Origin: a virus
Taxonomy: Duplodnaviria > Caudoviricetes
DNA: 53,292 nt
Virus record (IMG/VR): IMGVR_UViG_3300020442_000769
Span: 1 to 53,292 of that record
Strand: one strand, 5' to 3'
In this document: piece after piece, positions 1 through 9,682 of the stretch
How the letters are laid out: each line of letters begins with the position of its first letter
How positions within the stretch are numbered: position 1 is the stretch's first letter
Notes under the pieces: generated by a model
Database searches by the model: none
Seen by the model: only the letters and a program-made list of their open reading frames with translations
What the model was told of the DNA's origin: nothing
Program-made: the position numbers and the translations under genes

Positions 1-503
1 CCAGGTGATTGTTTTGGATCAACTAAAACTTTTGCACCTGTGTTTAATGCTAGTGCTATTGTATTTTCTCTTACTGCTCCTTTATTATAATCACTAATTA
101 CAACTAAATCGTCTTTTTTAATATTACTGTAAAATCTTTCTAATGAGTCATTACATTCACATATTGCATCAGTATCAAATCTGCAAATTTGTTGTCCTTC
201 TGTGCTTACAATCCTAACTTTACTTGTAGTTGTATCCATACATTTTGCAAGATATGAATTTACATCTGTGTTCATCAGTAACTCTAGTATTGTAGACCCT
301 TGCTTGTCTCTTCCAATAGGTCCATACAAATCTACTTCACCATTAATACTTGCTATGTTGAGTGCTAAATTTCCTGCACCACCAACATTACGTTTGTAAT
401 TTGTTTCTACTAAAACTGGTACTGGTGCTTCTGGACTAATACGGTCTACTTTTCCTATACGCCATTCGTCAAGCATTACATCACCGTAAACGATAATACT
501 CAT
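1..503 (-). CDS. HldE/RfaE domain I-like sugar-phosphate (heptose-7-P) kinase, PfkB family; runs off the window edge
   Basis: Not in the ORF track. Hand translation from ATG 503 gives MSIIVYGDVMLDEWRIGKVDRISPEAPVPV..., with the RISPEAPVPV signature of RfaE/HldE kinases. TAATG overlap with the upstream Nudix gene. Confidence 0.85.
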   Translation of the reverse strand, partial: MSIIVYGDVMLDEWRIGKVDRISPEAPVPVLVETNYKRNVGGAGNLALNIASINGEVDLYGPIGRDKQGSTILELLMNTDVNSYLAKCMDTTTSKVRIVSTEGQQICRFDTDAICECNDSLERFYSNIKKDDLVVISDYNKGAVRENTIALALNTGAKVLVDPKQSP

Positions 504-940
504 TACTTCTCCATTAATGATACTAGTTGAAATACTGTTTGTAGTTTTGTTAAATTTTGTTTGTTTTGTAAAGTATTTCTTAAACCTTGGTGCAATGGTT
601 TAGGCCAATTATTAAAACTTACCCACGCATAACCGTTGTGTTCAAAATTTAATTTAGGAATAAATTCATTTTTTACAACACAAAGATATGTATGAAAACT
701 AAACTTTTCATCATTACTTACAAAAGTTTCTAAAGGAATACTTTTTACAATATTTGGTACAGAACCAATTTCTTCTTCTATTTCTCTCAGTAGTGCTTTA
801 TAAGGAATTTCTTCACTTTCATTTCTTCCGCCAACTAATCCCCAAACATTATTTTGTTTTGTTTGTGTTCTGTGTAAAAACAAGAAACGTTGGGTATCAA
901 GTGTATAGAAGAGAGCACCGCTACAAATAATACTATTCAT
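503..940 (-). CDS. Nudix hydrolase
   Basis: Nudix-box-like WGLVGG..E..E....ALLREIEEEIG. Confidence 0.85.
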   Translation of the reverse strand: MNSIICSGALFYTLDTQRFLFLHRTQTKQNNVWGLVGGRNESEEIPYKALLREIEEEIGSVPNIVKSIPLETFVSNDEKFSFHTYLCVVKNEFIPKLNFEHNGYAWVSFNNWPKPLHQGLRNTLQNKQNLTKLQTVFQLVSLMEK

Positions 941-953
941 ATTAGTACTTATT

Positions 954-2435
954 TTAGAGGCCTAGTCGCCAAGTGCCGTTTCGATATTCGCCTTCAAAGG
1001 ATAGTGTCCAATCTATACCATTCCATTTATATTGAACACCTGTGTTAAGGTTAGTCGTGTATGTGATAGTTGATCCGTCATCTGTACTTGCATCAAAAAC
1101 CATATTCCATTTTGTGCCGTCCCATTCAATAATATCATTTTCATCTGCTACAAAGTCTGTACCATCAGCATTTTTCCAAGCATCAGGACCATCATATTGA
1201 TATGTATATGGTGTTTCACCAACTGTTTGTCCTACATTTTCACTATCATTAATTGCATTTAATAATAATATTCTATTACCTGCAACTTTAATACTTGTAG
1301 GATTAGTTTTTTGTGGATCAATAATTGCGTTAATAGTTCCTTTAGGACCACCAGGACCAATTAAAATAGTATTGCTTGGAACTGTATCCATATCCCAATT
1401 AACAATGATTTGTGTTTCATCTAAAGTGTTTAATGCAAAAGTACCAACTACTGGTGAACCTTGATCAATTCTATCTAGATAAATTTTACTTAAACCTGCT
1501 CTATAAGTACCTGGGTGTGAATCTAATACAAGTGTCCAAGGAGTTTCTCCTGCAATACCGTTCTTACCTAACTGTACAATATTGTTCATTACAATAGCAT
1601 CATAGTTTTGATAAGTTACACTTTGTACACTTCCTGCATCTGCTCTAGTTGTAATACCCATACCATCTTTACCAGCAGTAGATGTGTCACCACCTTTAGT
1701 GCCTTCTGTATATGAATCATTATATTGTTTTAATTCTGGCATACTATCACCTAGGTCTATTGTGCCTCTAGATTCATCAAAAATACTCATTACAACATTT
1801 GTTATAACACCTAACTTTTTAACTTTTGCTGGAGGTGAAATGTAAATAGGTGTGCTAAATTGAAGTTGTGCAACATCTATTTCTGATTCAGTTCCCATTG
1901 GTATACTTCTTGTACTAAAGGTAATACCTTCTAAATCAACTACACTTAAACTTGTCCAGTCCACATAGTTGTCTGTTGTTTGTATTTCTAAACTAGGATT
2001 AAACAGCATTAGTATCTGTTCCATAATTTGTAATTTTTGTTCTGTGTTAGTTGACCAAATATCAGCATTCATTTTCATGATATAAGGTGTAGGCATTAAT
2101 CTTTCTACAGTATAGTTTTTACCTTCTGTATTAAGATACCCATCTGTAGAATTGTGTTCACGTTCTCTTAGATGAATTTTGCCTGTGTATGTTGCATCAG
2201 CAGTTCTTGTACGATCCATTTCTAAACCAGTAACGTAAACACTCATACGTGGAGCAGATGGAATTTTGTTTTCACTATTATCTCTTATGATATGACCAAC
2301 TTGTCTTGTAATGTCTCCATACATAACAGGTATTTGTCTTAGTACGCCTTTACCATCAGCATAAGAAAAATTACTCATTAGACGAATCATTTGAGTAATA
2401 TATCTTCTTATTTGTCCATCGTAAAAATGTTGCAT
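954..2435 (-). CDS. Tail terminator/sheath stabiliser, T4 gp15-like, with C-terminal extension
   Basis: N-terminal HFYDGQIRRYITQ, IPVMYG, P-RMS, PTPY..., LQIMEQIL.LFNP motifs; adjacent to neck genes. Confidence 0.7.
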   Translation of the reverse strand: MQHFYDGQIRRYITQMIRLMSNFSYADGKGVLRQIPVMYGDITRQVGHIIRDNSENKIPSAPRMSVYVTGLEMDRTRTADATYTGKIHLREREHNSTDGYLNTEGKNYTVERLMPTPYIMKMNADIWSTNTEQKLQIMEQILMLFNPSLEIQTTDNYVDWTSLSVVDLEGITFSTRSIPMGTESEIDVAQLQFSTPIYISPPAKVKKLGVITNVVMSIFDESRGTIDLGDSMPELKQYNDSYTEGTKGGDTSTAGKDGMGITTRADAGSVQSVTYQNYDAIVMNNIVQLGKNGIAGETPWTLVLDSHPGTYRAGLSKIYLDRIDQGSPVVGTFALNTLDETQIIVNWDMDTVPSNTILIGPGGPKGTINAIIDPQKTNPTSIKVAGNRILLLNAINDSENVGQTVGETPYTYQYDGPDAWKNADGTDFVADENDIIEWDGTKWNMVFDASTDDGSTITYTTNLNTGVQYKWNGIDWTLSFEGEYRNGTWRLGL

Positions 2436-3598
2436 TAGTTGTCCGCCCTAGGCTTTAGTGCTTTACTTAAAGGTTGACGTTCTTGTACAGTTTCGCCACC
2501 TATACTATCTGTTTTAGTGTTGTTAATAAATGTTCCTTTTTGTGTATTCTTAGTATCAGTATTTGAAATATTAACACGTACTGAATCTTCATATTTAACC
2601 CAACGTTGTCCGTCAAATCTAAACAATCTATTAGGCATAAAATCTGTTCTTAGGAAGTAATCACCTTTAATAGATGCAGTTGGGAAAGTAATACCATGAC
2701 CAAATACTTCTCCATTAGGTGCAATACCATCTCCTAGCAAGTAACCTTGATAACCATCACGTTCTGGAGTTTGATTAACTCTACTTGCATCTAATTGACC
2801 GCTATTAACACTTGCATCTATATCTGTTTCATCAGCAGTAACAAGTTCTGGTTTACCTGTTTTGTCAACTTGTAAAGTATACAAGTGTGAAGTTTCATAA
2901 CCTGACTTGGCCGAATCTGCTTCTGCCTGTGCCAATACAGCATTGTTGATTTGCATTTCTTTTTCATATGTTGAAAGCACATCACGTAGTGTATTTGTAC
3001 TACCTTCTTCTGCAGGTAAGTCAAGTATTTCTTTAAATTCTTGTGAGTCTACTATTTGTTTAAGTTTTACTCTATATAAGTGTGGATACCAACTTTGTGA
3101 AAATCCTTCTGCCGCTCTGTTTACATCTTCTACAACATAAAAACGTTTTAATGCAACTTGGTAATCATTTAGTGCGTGTTCATCTTTTAAGTGTGGTAAT
3201 TCAAAAACATCACCAGCCATTACTTTTCTACCTAAAGTTTTTACACTATAATTTATAGGTATAGTCATAAACAATGTATCATTTTGTAAAAATAATCCAA
3301 ATTGACTCATGTCAAAGTCTACATCTTGCACATTATAGATACCACGTAAAACATAAATGTTTGGATCGTATTTTCTGTCCCTATTTTCCAAGAAAAGCAT
3401 ATCCTGAATATTAGTTTCTTTTACAGCATCATATCTAGGCTGGCTAGGAGTTGCTTCAGATTCATCAGGATTTTGAGGACCTAAATATTTGTGTACGAAT
3501 ACGTCAGTACCACCAACAGTGAACATCTCTGCTATGGTTTTATCTAAAAAATCGTAATCATTGCCCTTTTCGGGTTTGTATAAACTGAGTCTTGGCAT
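2435..3598 (-). CDS. Neck/head-closure protein, T4 gp14-like
   Basis: MPRLSLYKPEKGNDY...GGTDVFVHKY...QFGLF...GDVFELPH pattern. Start moved to ATG 3598, downstream of a GATAAATA box. Confidence 0.65.
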   Translation of the reverse strand: MPRLSLYKPEKGNDYDFLDKTIAEMFTVGGTDVFVHKYLGPQNPDESEATPSQPRYDAVKETNIQDMLFLENRDRKYDPNIYVLRGIYNVQDVDFDMSQFGLFLQNDTLFMTIPINYSVKTLGRKVMAGDVFELPHLKDEHALNDYQVALKRFYVVEDVNRAAEGFSQSWYPHLYRVKLKQIVDSQEFKEILDLPAEEGSTNTLRDVLSTYEKEMQINNAVLAQAEADSAKSGYETSHLYTLQVDKTGKPELVTADETDIDASVNSGQLDASRVNQTPERDGYQGYLLGDGIAPNGEVFGHGITFPTASIKGDYFLRTDFMPNRLFRFDGQRWVKYEDSVRVNISNTDTKNTQKGTFINNTKTDSIGGETVQERQPLSKALKPRADN

Positions 3599-3606
3599 AA
3601 CATTAG

Positions 3607-3627
3607 TATTTATCGAACGTATAAATA
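3607..3627. promoter_or_regulatory. Back-to-back divergent late-type promoters
   Basis: GATAAATA on - (3607-3614) and TATAAATA on + (3620-3627); the T4 late consensus is TATAAATA. Confidence 0.7.
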
Positions 3628-3646
3628 CATATGGAGCCGAGAAGAT

Positions 3647-4405
3647 ATGACAACATTGACACAACAAAAGCAAGAAGTATATGATTATGTAAACGCCAGT
3701 TTAGGTGGTGGAATGGTAGATGTGGAGTTAGATCCCGTACATTATGAAACTGCTCTTAAAACGGCACTTACAAGATTCAGACAAAGATCGGACAATTCAG
3801 TAGAAGAGTCGTATATGTTCCTTCCAACTGTAATTGACCAAAACAAATATATACTACCAAATGAAGTTATTGAAGTGAGAAAATTGTTTCGTAGATCAAT
3901 TGGTTCAAGAACAGGCGGAGGAGATGGTGGTACACTATTTGAACCATTCAACTTGGCGTACACAAACACCTATCTTTTAGCAAGTTCAAACATGGGCGGA
4001 TTAGCAACTTATGAATTGTTTAGTCAGTACCAAGAATTAGTAGGCAGAATGTTTGGTTCATTTATTGAATTCAAATGGAATACTACTACAAAAGAATTAT
4101 TACTTCTACAAAGACCAAGAGCAGAAGAAGAACTATTATTGTATTGTTACAATTACAGACCAGATAGTGAATTATTAAAAGACTATCTAGCAGTTCAGTG
4201 GATTAAAGATTACACACTCGCACGTTGTAAGATTATGCTTGGTGAAGCAAGAAGTAAATTTGCTACTATTGCCGGTCCACAAGGTGGTTCTACACTTAAC
4301 GGTGATAATCTAAAGGCTGAAGGCCTTGCTGATATAGAGAAATTGGAAGAAGAAGTTAAAACTCAAATACCAGGCGGTGTTGGGTATGGTTTCACAATTG
4401 GCTAA
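3647..4405 (+). CDS. Neck/head-tail adaptor, T4 gp13-like
   Basis: LGGGMVDVEL...WIKDYTLA..K..LGEARSKF..I.GPQGG.TLNG, typical of the gp13 family. Confidence 0.8.
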   Translation: MTTLTQQKQEVYDYVNASLGGGMVDVELDPVHYETALKTALTRFRQRSDNSVEESYMFLPTVIDQNKYILPNEVIEVRKLFRRSIGSRTGGGDGGTLFEPFNLAYTNTYLLASSNMGGLATYELFSQYQELVGRMFGSFIEFKWNTTTKELLLLQRPRAEEELLLYCYNYRPDSELLKDYLAVQWIKDYTLARCKIMLGEARSKFATIAGPQGGSTLNGDNLKAEGLADIEKLEEEVKTQIPGGVGYGFTIG

Positions 4406-4412
4406 AAACTTC

Positions 4413-4441
4413 TTGACTTTTTGCTAAACATATATTAGTAT
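4413..4441 (+). promoter_or_regulatory. sigma70-type promoter
   Basis: TTGACT-N17-TAGTAT. Confidence 0.55.
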
Positions 4442-4466
4442 AATAATACGAACAGAAGGAAATCTG

Positions 4467-4664
4467 ATGAAAATCTTCAGTACAATATTAATTTTGCTTT
4501 TTCTTGCAGGCTGTTCAGGGCATATTGCTCCGCCGGCTGTAAAATTTGGTAAAAAATGTACAGTAGCAGAAGACGGTAACGTTGTCTACTCTTACATTTG
4601 GTTACACAAAAAAGGCGAGAAATTAAACGCAAATAAGGAAACTTGTAAACAAATACAGGACTAA
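4467..4664 (+). CDS. Small lipoprotein
   Basis: Signal peptide with lipobox LAGC; AAGGA SD. Confidence 0.7.
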   Translation: MKIFSTILILLFLAGCSGHIAPPAVKFGKKCTVAEDGNVVYSYIWLHKKGEKLNANKETCKQIQD

Positions 4665-4667
4665 AAA

Positions 4668-5261
4668 ATGATAGTTGGAATCTGTGGTCTAATAGGCAGT
4701 GGTAAAGACACAATAGCAGAGCATTTAATACAAAATCATAAGTTTGTAAAAATAAGTTTTGCAGACAAATTGAAAGATGCTGTCGCTACTATGTTTGATT
4801 GGCCACGTGATATGCTAGATGGCAAAACTGAACAAAGTAGGTTTTGGCGTGAACAAGTAGATCAATTTTGGACCGCAGAAACCGGCCGTGAAATAACACC
4901 AAGACTAGTTCTACAAGAATTTGGTACAGAATGTATGCGTGAAGGGTTCTTTGACGGTATCTGGGTAAGTTTAGTTAAACATAAATTAATTAACAATCCT
5001 GAAACTAATTGGGTTATTCCTGATGTACGTTTTCCAAATGAAGCAAAAATGCTATATCAAATAGGTGGAGAAGTATGGCGTGTAAAACGTGGTCCTGATC
5101 CTGCTTGGTTTAGTGAATATGTACAATTTAATGTTGAGCCTACTGATGTTCATGCTAGTGAATGGGCCTGGGCACATACAAAGTTTACTAAAGTGTTTGA
5201 AAACGATACTACAATACAAGGACTTAAAGATCAGGTACAAGATCACCTTGTTTCCATTTAA
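4668..5261 (+). CDS. Deoxynucleoside monophosphate kinase (T4 gp1-like)
   Basis: GICGLIGSGKDT P-loop, SFAD.LK, TPR.VLQ.FGTE, IPDVRFPNE. Confidence 0.9.
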   Translation: MIVGICGLIGSGKDTIAEHLIQNHKFVKISFADKLKDAVATMFDWPRDMLDGKTEQSRFWREQVDQFWTAETGREITPRLVLQEFGTECMREGFFDGIWVSLVKHKLINNPETNWVIPDVRFPNEAKMLYQIGGEVWRVKRGPDPAWFSEYVQFNVEPTDVHASEWAWAHTKFTKVFENDTTIQGLKDQVQDHLVSI

Positions 5262-5562
5262 CACCTTCTTTATATAGAATCTTACTGCAATTAGAACAAA
5301 CTGTTTTTAAGTTACTAAACCTTACGTTGTTTAGGTTACCATCAATATAGTAAACACTGAATTGTTCTTTGTGTCTACTTTTAAATCCACACTTGTCACA
5401 GTTGTTTTTCATAGTATATCCTGCTTGTTGCCATTTAGGCACACCATGGTGAGGTCTTCCATGTCTAGTACAGGACTCACACTTACTTCGATAGAAAGGT
5501 TTACCTTTCTTATAGTAATTAATAGCAACTGGTCGTTGCCCACAAGCACATAAAGGTCTCAT
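5224..5562 (-). CDS. Zn-binding HNH-like protein (degenerate)
   Basis: CxC and CxxC pairs plus IDGNLNN...NL.TVCSNC; GTAAATA box 5 nt upstream of the ATG. Confidence 0.65.
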   Translation of the reverse strand: MRPLCACGQRPVAINYYKKGKPFYRSKCESCTRHGRPHHGVPKWQQAGYTMKNNCDKCGFKSRHKEQFSVYYIDGNLNNVRFSNLKTVCSNCSKILYKEGVKWKQGDLVPDL

Positions 5563-5630
5563 ATAACTATTTACCTGCCCTTTTACTTCCCTTTTTAACG
5601 GTATTTAACCCCTATGATTTTGGTTTTCGG

Positions 5631-5638
5631 CATAAATA
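5631..5638 (+). promoter_or_regulatory. Late-type promoter for tail sheath
   Basis: CATAAATA; AGGAGA SD downstream. Confidence 0.6.
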
Positions 5639-5685
5639 ATAGTAAACAAGAATAGTATGAACTATTACCAACAGGAGAAAACAAA

Positions 5686-8600
5686 ATGGCTTTAACATCA
5701 CCAGGTGTACAGGTTACTGTAATAGACGAGTCGTTCTATACCCCAGCAGAACCAGGTACAGTACCAATGTTGTTTGTTGTATCTGCACAAGATAAAACAA
5801 ACGGATCAGGAACAGGAACAGCGAGTGCTACTACAAAAGCAAATGCTGGTAAACCTTTCCTAGTTACTTCACAGAGAGAATTAACTGAATTATTTGGGGA
5901 CCCAACTTTTTATGTAGATTCAAACAATAACCCATTACACGGTAATGAGTTAAATGAGTACGGATTACAAGCGGCATACTCTTATTTAGGTGCGGCAAAT
6001 AGAGCATTCGTAACTAGAGCGGATTTAAATACTTCAGAGTTAACAGCGGCTTCTACAGCCCCTGCGGCAAATCCGGCAAACGGTACATACTGGTTTGATA
6101 CAGCAAATTCAATATTTGGTATCTTTGAATGGAATGGTGCGTCAGCGACTACTACTGGTGGGCAGTCGTTTACAAACAAAATTCCTACAGTAATTACTGA
6201 TGCAACTAAAGTAGATAGCGGAGCGCCTAAGACTTCTGTTGGTGGAATTGGCGATTACGCGATTGTATCTACAACAACACTTAACAAGTTGTTTTACAAA
6301 AATAAATCAGGAACATGGGTACAAGTAGGTTCAACTGCTTGGATTAGTTCATGGTCAACTGTAACAGGAACACAAAGCAATCCTACAATAACTAACGGTG
6401 CTACAATGAGCATTAATGGTTCAGTTGTAACTTCAGGTGGTGTTGCACTATCTGATGTAGTAACAGCAATTGGATCTGCAGGTATTAGCGGAATTACTTC
6501 AGCAGTAGTTGATGGTAAATTAGAAATTTACTCAACTGGTGCAGATGTTGTGTTAGCAGATAACAGTTCAACATTGTTATCAGAAATAGGTTTAACAGCA
6601 GGTACTTACAAAGCACCTAAGTTAACTATTGCTCCACACACGCAAGTTCCAGGTTACAAGTCAACAGATACAGCACCAAGACCAACTGGTTCAATGTGGA
6701 TTAAAACTACACAACCAAACAAAGGTGCTAACTGGCAGGTTAAAGTTTGGAATGACACAACTAAATTGTGGGAAACTAAATCTGCTCCAATTTATGCAAA
6801 CAACCAAGAAGCACTATACGGTTTAGATAAAACTGGTGGTGGACTTAACTTACCAACTGGTGATGTGTTTGTAAAATATAATGTTGATGAAGCAACTGAC
6901 CCGATTGCAGATTTTAAAATCTACAGAAGAGGATCAACAGGTGCTACAACAATTAAATCAAACATTATTACTACACAATTAACAGCGGGTACTTACGCAT
7001 TTAATATAGCCGAAACTGCACCAAACTCAAGTGCATTAGGTTCAGATGTAACAGTAAGTGTAACAACAACAGCGGCAACAAGTGATGCTGATTTAGTTGC
7101 AGGTGCAATTAACTCTGCAGGCTTTACAAACGTTGTTGCAAGTGTTGATTCAAGTAACAGAATTGTAATTGAACACAATGATGGCGGTGACTTCCATATT
7201 ACTGACACAGGTGGCGTACTAGGACTAGCAGGCTTTACAGCAACTGGTTCAAATGCTACACAGTTCTTATTAGAAGCACCATCTACTCACTCACATGATT
7301 TTATTGCAAGTAACTGGGTTATTTTAACAGTAACTAACTCACCAACTGCACCAACTTCATTGACAACAGACGGTACTTTATGGTACAGTTCAATTATTGA
7401 CGAAGTAGACATTATGATCCACAATGGTACAACTTGGGTTGGATATCAAGATTCAACAAGTCCGTACTTTGCGGCGGCGGCTGGCGATAAGACAGATCCA
7501 GCAGGTCCTATTGTAAGTGCAACTGAGCCTACTAAACAATCAGATGCAACTGATCTTAAAAATGGTGACCTTTGGATTTCAACTGCTGACTTAGAAAACT
7601 ATCCTAAGATATACAAATACAATGGCGCAACTTTAAAATGGGTGCTAATTGACAATGGTGATCAAACTACTGAAGATGGTATTTTGTTTGCAGATGCTAG
7701 ATACAATACAGCAGGTGCAAATAGTGCCACAGCAGGTACAATTGAAGCACTATTAAGTTCTAACTACTTAGACCCAGATGCTCCAGATCCAGCATTATAT
7801 CCAAAAGGTATGTTGCTATGGAACTTACGTAGAAGCGGATTCAACGTAAGAAAATTTGTACGTAACTCAATTGATGTATCAGGTAACAACTTAAGATTCA
7901 ATAACAACGAATCAATGGCGGCTTACTACTCACACAGATGGGTAACTGAATCAGGCAACCAAGCAGACGGTTCAGGTTCATTTGGTAGAAAAGCACAAAG
8001 AAAAGTTGTTGTACAAGCATTACAGGCAATGGTTAACAGCAACCAAGACATTAGAGATGACAACTCAAGAATCTTTAACTTGATTGCTTGTCCAGGTTAT
8101 CCAGAACTAATCGGTGAAATGGTAACACTAAACACAGACAGAGGCCTAAGTGCATTTGTTGTAGGTGATACACCATTTAGATTAACAAGCGATGCAACTT
8201 CATTAAATGAATGGGCAACAAACGTTAAACTAGCAACTGAAGATAACGATGATGGTGCAGTTACAAGAGATGAATATGTTGGAATGTTTTATCCAAGTTT
8301 ATTCACTAGTGATAACGCAGGAAATAACGTAGTTGTTCCAGCATCACATGGTATACTTAGAACTATTGCATTAAGTGACCAAGTATCGTTTCCATGGTTT
8401 GCACCAGCAGGTACAAGACGTGGTGGCATTACAAACGCAAGTGCATCAGGATTTATTGACAGCGAAGGCGAATTTAAATCAATTGCACTTAACGAAGGTC
8501 AAAGAGATACATTGTACTCAAATGCTATAAACCCTGTAACATTCTTAAGTGGTGCAGGACTTGTAAACTTTGGTCAAAAAACTAGAGCCAAAAATGCTAG

Positions 8601-8925
8601 TGCTTTAGACAGAATCAACGTTGCAAGACTAGTTGTGTACTTACGTTCACAGTTAAACAAACTTGCTAAACCTTACATTTTTGAACCTAATGATAAAATC
8701 ACTAGAGATGAAATTAAGGCGCAAGTAGACTCCTTACTATTAGAACTTGTAGGTCAAAGAGCATTATATGACTTCTTAGTAGTGTGTGACGAATCAAACA
8801 ACACACCAACTAGAATTGATAGAAATGAGTTGTATGTAGATGTTGCTATTGAGCCAGTGAAGGCTGTAGAGTTTATTTACATTCCACTAAGACTTAAAAA
8901 TACAGGTGAAATAGCGGGGCTATAA
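5686..8925 (+). CDS. Tail sheath protein (gp18-like), 1079 aa
   Basis: N-terminal SPGVQVTVIDES; C-terminal PWFAPAG..RG, INP, LDRINVARL, FEPND, DESNNT...IDRNEL, EFIYI. Confidence 0.95.
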   Translation: MALTSPGVQVTVIDESFYTPAEPGTVPMLFVVSAQDKTNGSGTGTASATTKANAGKPFLVTSQRELTELFGDPTFYVDSNNNPLHGNELNEYGLQAAYSYLGAANRAFVTRADLNTSELTAASTAPAANPANGTYWFDTANSIFGIFEWNGASATTTGGQSFTNKIPTVITDATKVDSGAPKTSVGGIGDYAIVSTTTLNKLFYKNKSGTWVQVGSTAWISSWSTVTGTQSNPTITNGATMSINGSVVTSGGVALSDVVTAIGSAGISGITSAVVDGKLEIYSTGADVVLADNSSTLLSEIGLTAGTYKAPKLTIAPHTQVPGYKSTDTAPRPTGSMWIKTTQPNKGANWQVKVWNDTTKLWETKSAPIYANNQEALYGLDKTGGGLNLPTGDVFVKYNVDEATDPIADFKIYRRGSTGATTIKSNIITTQLTAGTYAFNIAETAPNSSALGSDVTVSVTTTAATSDADLVAGAINSAGFTNVVASVDSSNRIVIEHNDGGDFHITDTGGVLGLAGFTATGSNATQFLLEAPSTHSHDFIASNWVILTVTNSPTAPTSLTTDGTLWYSSIIDEVDIMIHNGTTWVGYQDSTSPYFAAAAGDKTDPAGPIVSATEPTKQSDATDLKNGDLWISTADLENYPKIYKYNGATLKWVLIDNGDQTTEDGILFADARYNTAGANSATAGTIEALLSSNYLDPDAPDPALYPKGMLLWNLRRSGFNVRKFVRNSIDVSGNNLRFNNNESMAAYYSHRWVTESGNQADGSGSFGRKAQRKVVVQALQAMVNSNQDIRDDNSRIFNLIACPGYPELIGEMVTLNTDRGLSAFVVGDTPFRLTSDATSLNEWATNVKLATEDNDDGAVTRDEYVGMFYPSLFTSDNAGNNVVVPASHGILRTIALSDQVSFPWFAPAGTRRGGITNASASGFIDSEGEFKSIALNEGQRDTLYSNAINPVTFLSGAGLVNFGQKTRAKNASALDRINVARLVVYLRSQLNKLAKPYIFEPNDKITRDEIKAQVDSLLLELVGQRALYDFLVVCDESNNTPTRIDRNELYVDVAIEPVKAVEFIYIPLRLKNTGEIAGL

Positions 8926-8958
8926 GGTAGATAAATACATTAAACAGGAGATATTATA

Positions 8959-9588
8959 ATGGCAATTTCAACACTATCTAAAATTACAGTACCTTTAGAT
9001 TCTAGTGCAAGTGCATCGAATCAAGGACTGTTGATGCCAAAACTCCAGTATCGCTTTAGAGTGTCGCTGGAAAACTTTGGTGTTTCAACTCCAACAACAG
9101 AGTTGACAAAACAAGTTGTAGACGTTACTAGACCTAACGTTTCTTTCGAACAAATCACAGTTGATGTATACAACTCAAGAGTATACCTAGCAGGTAAACA
9201 TACTTGGGAACCTATTACATTAAACTTAAGAGAAGACGTATCCAACAACGTACAAAAATTAGTTGGTGAGCAACTTCAGAAACAATTTGACTTCTTCGAA
9301 CAGTCAAGTGCGGCTTCAGGAAGTGACTACAAATTCGTTACTAGAATCGAGATACTTGATGGTGGTAACGGCGTAAATGTAGCAAGTGTTTTAGAAACAT
9401 TTGAATTATATGGTTGTTACTTAGAAAGTGCTAACTACAATACATTAGCATATTCAACTAACGATCCAGTTACAGTTGCTTTATCAATCAGATACGATAA
9501 TGCTATACAGACTCCACAAGGTACAGGAGTAGGTACAGCAGTAGGTAGAACTGTTAATACTGCAATCACAGGCGGTGGTTCTACGTAA
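8959..9588 (+). CDS. Tail tube protein (gp19-like)
   Basis: Follows the sheath gene; YRFRV, AGKHTWEPITL, ..YDNA; GATAAATA at 8930 and AGGAG SD. Confidence 0.85.
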   Translation: MAISTLSKITVPLDSSASASNQGLLMPKLQYRFRVSLENFGVSTPTTELTKQVVDVTRPNVSFEQITVDVYNSRVYLAGKHTWEPITLNLREDVSNNVQKLVGEQLQKQFDFFEQSSAASGSDYKFVTRIEILDGGNGVNVASVLETFELYGCYLESANYNTLAYSTNDPVTVALSIRYDNAIQTPQGTGVGTAVGRTVNTAITGGGST

Positions 9589-9620
9589 GAACTAAATTAA
9601 TAATATTTCCTGTAATATTG

Positions 9621-9640
9621 AAAGGGGCTACGGCCCCTTT
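9621..9640 (+). terminator. Intrinsic terminator hairpin
   Basis: AAAGGGGC-TACG-GCCCCTTT after the tube gene. Confidence 0.75.
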
Positions 9641-9682
9641 CGTCATTTTATACGCACTTAATTTAATTGGATAAATATTAGT

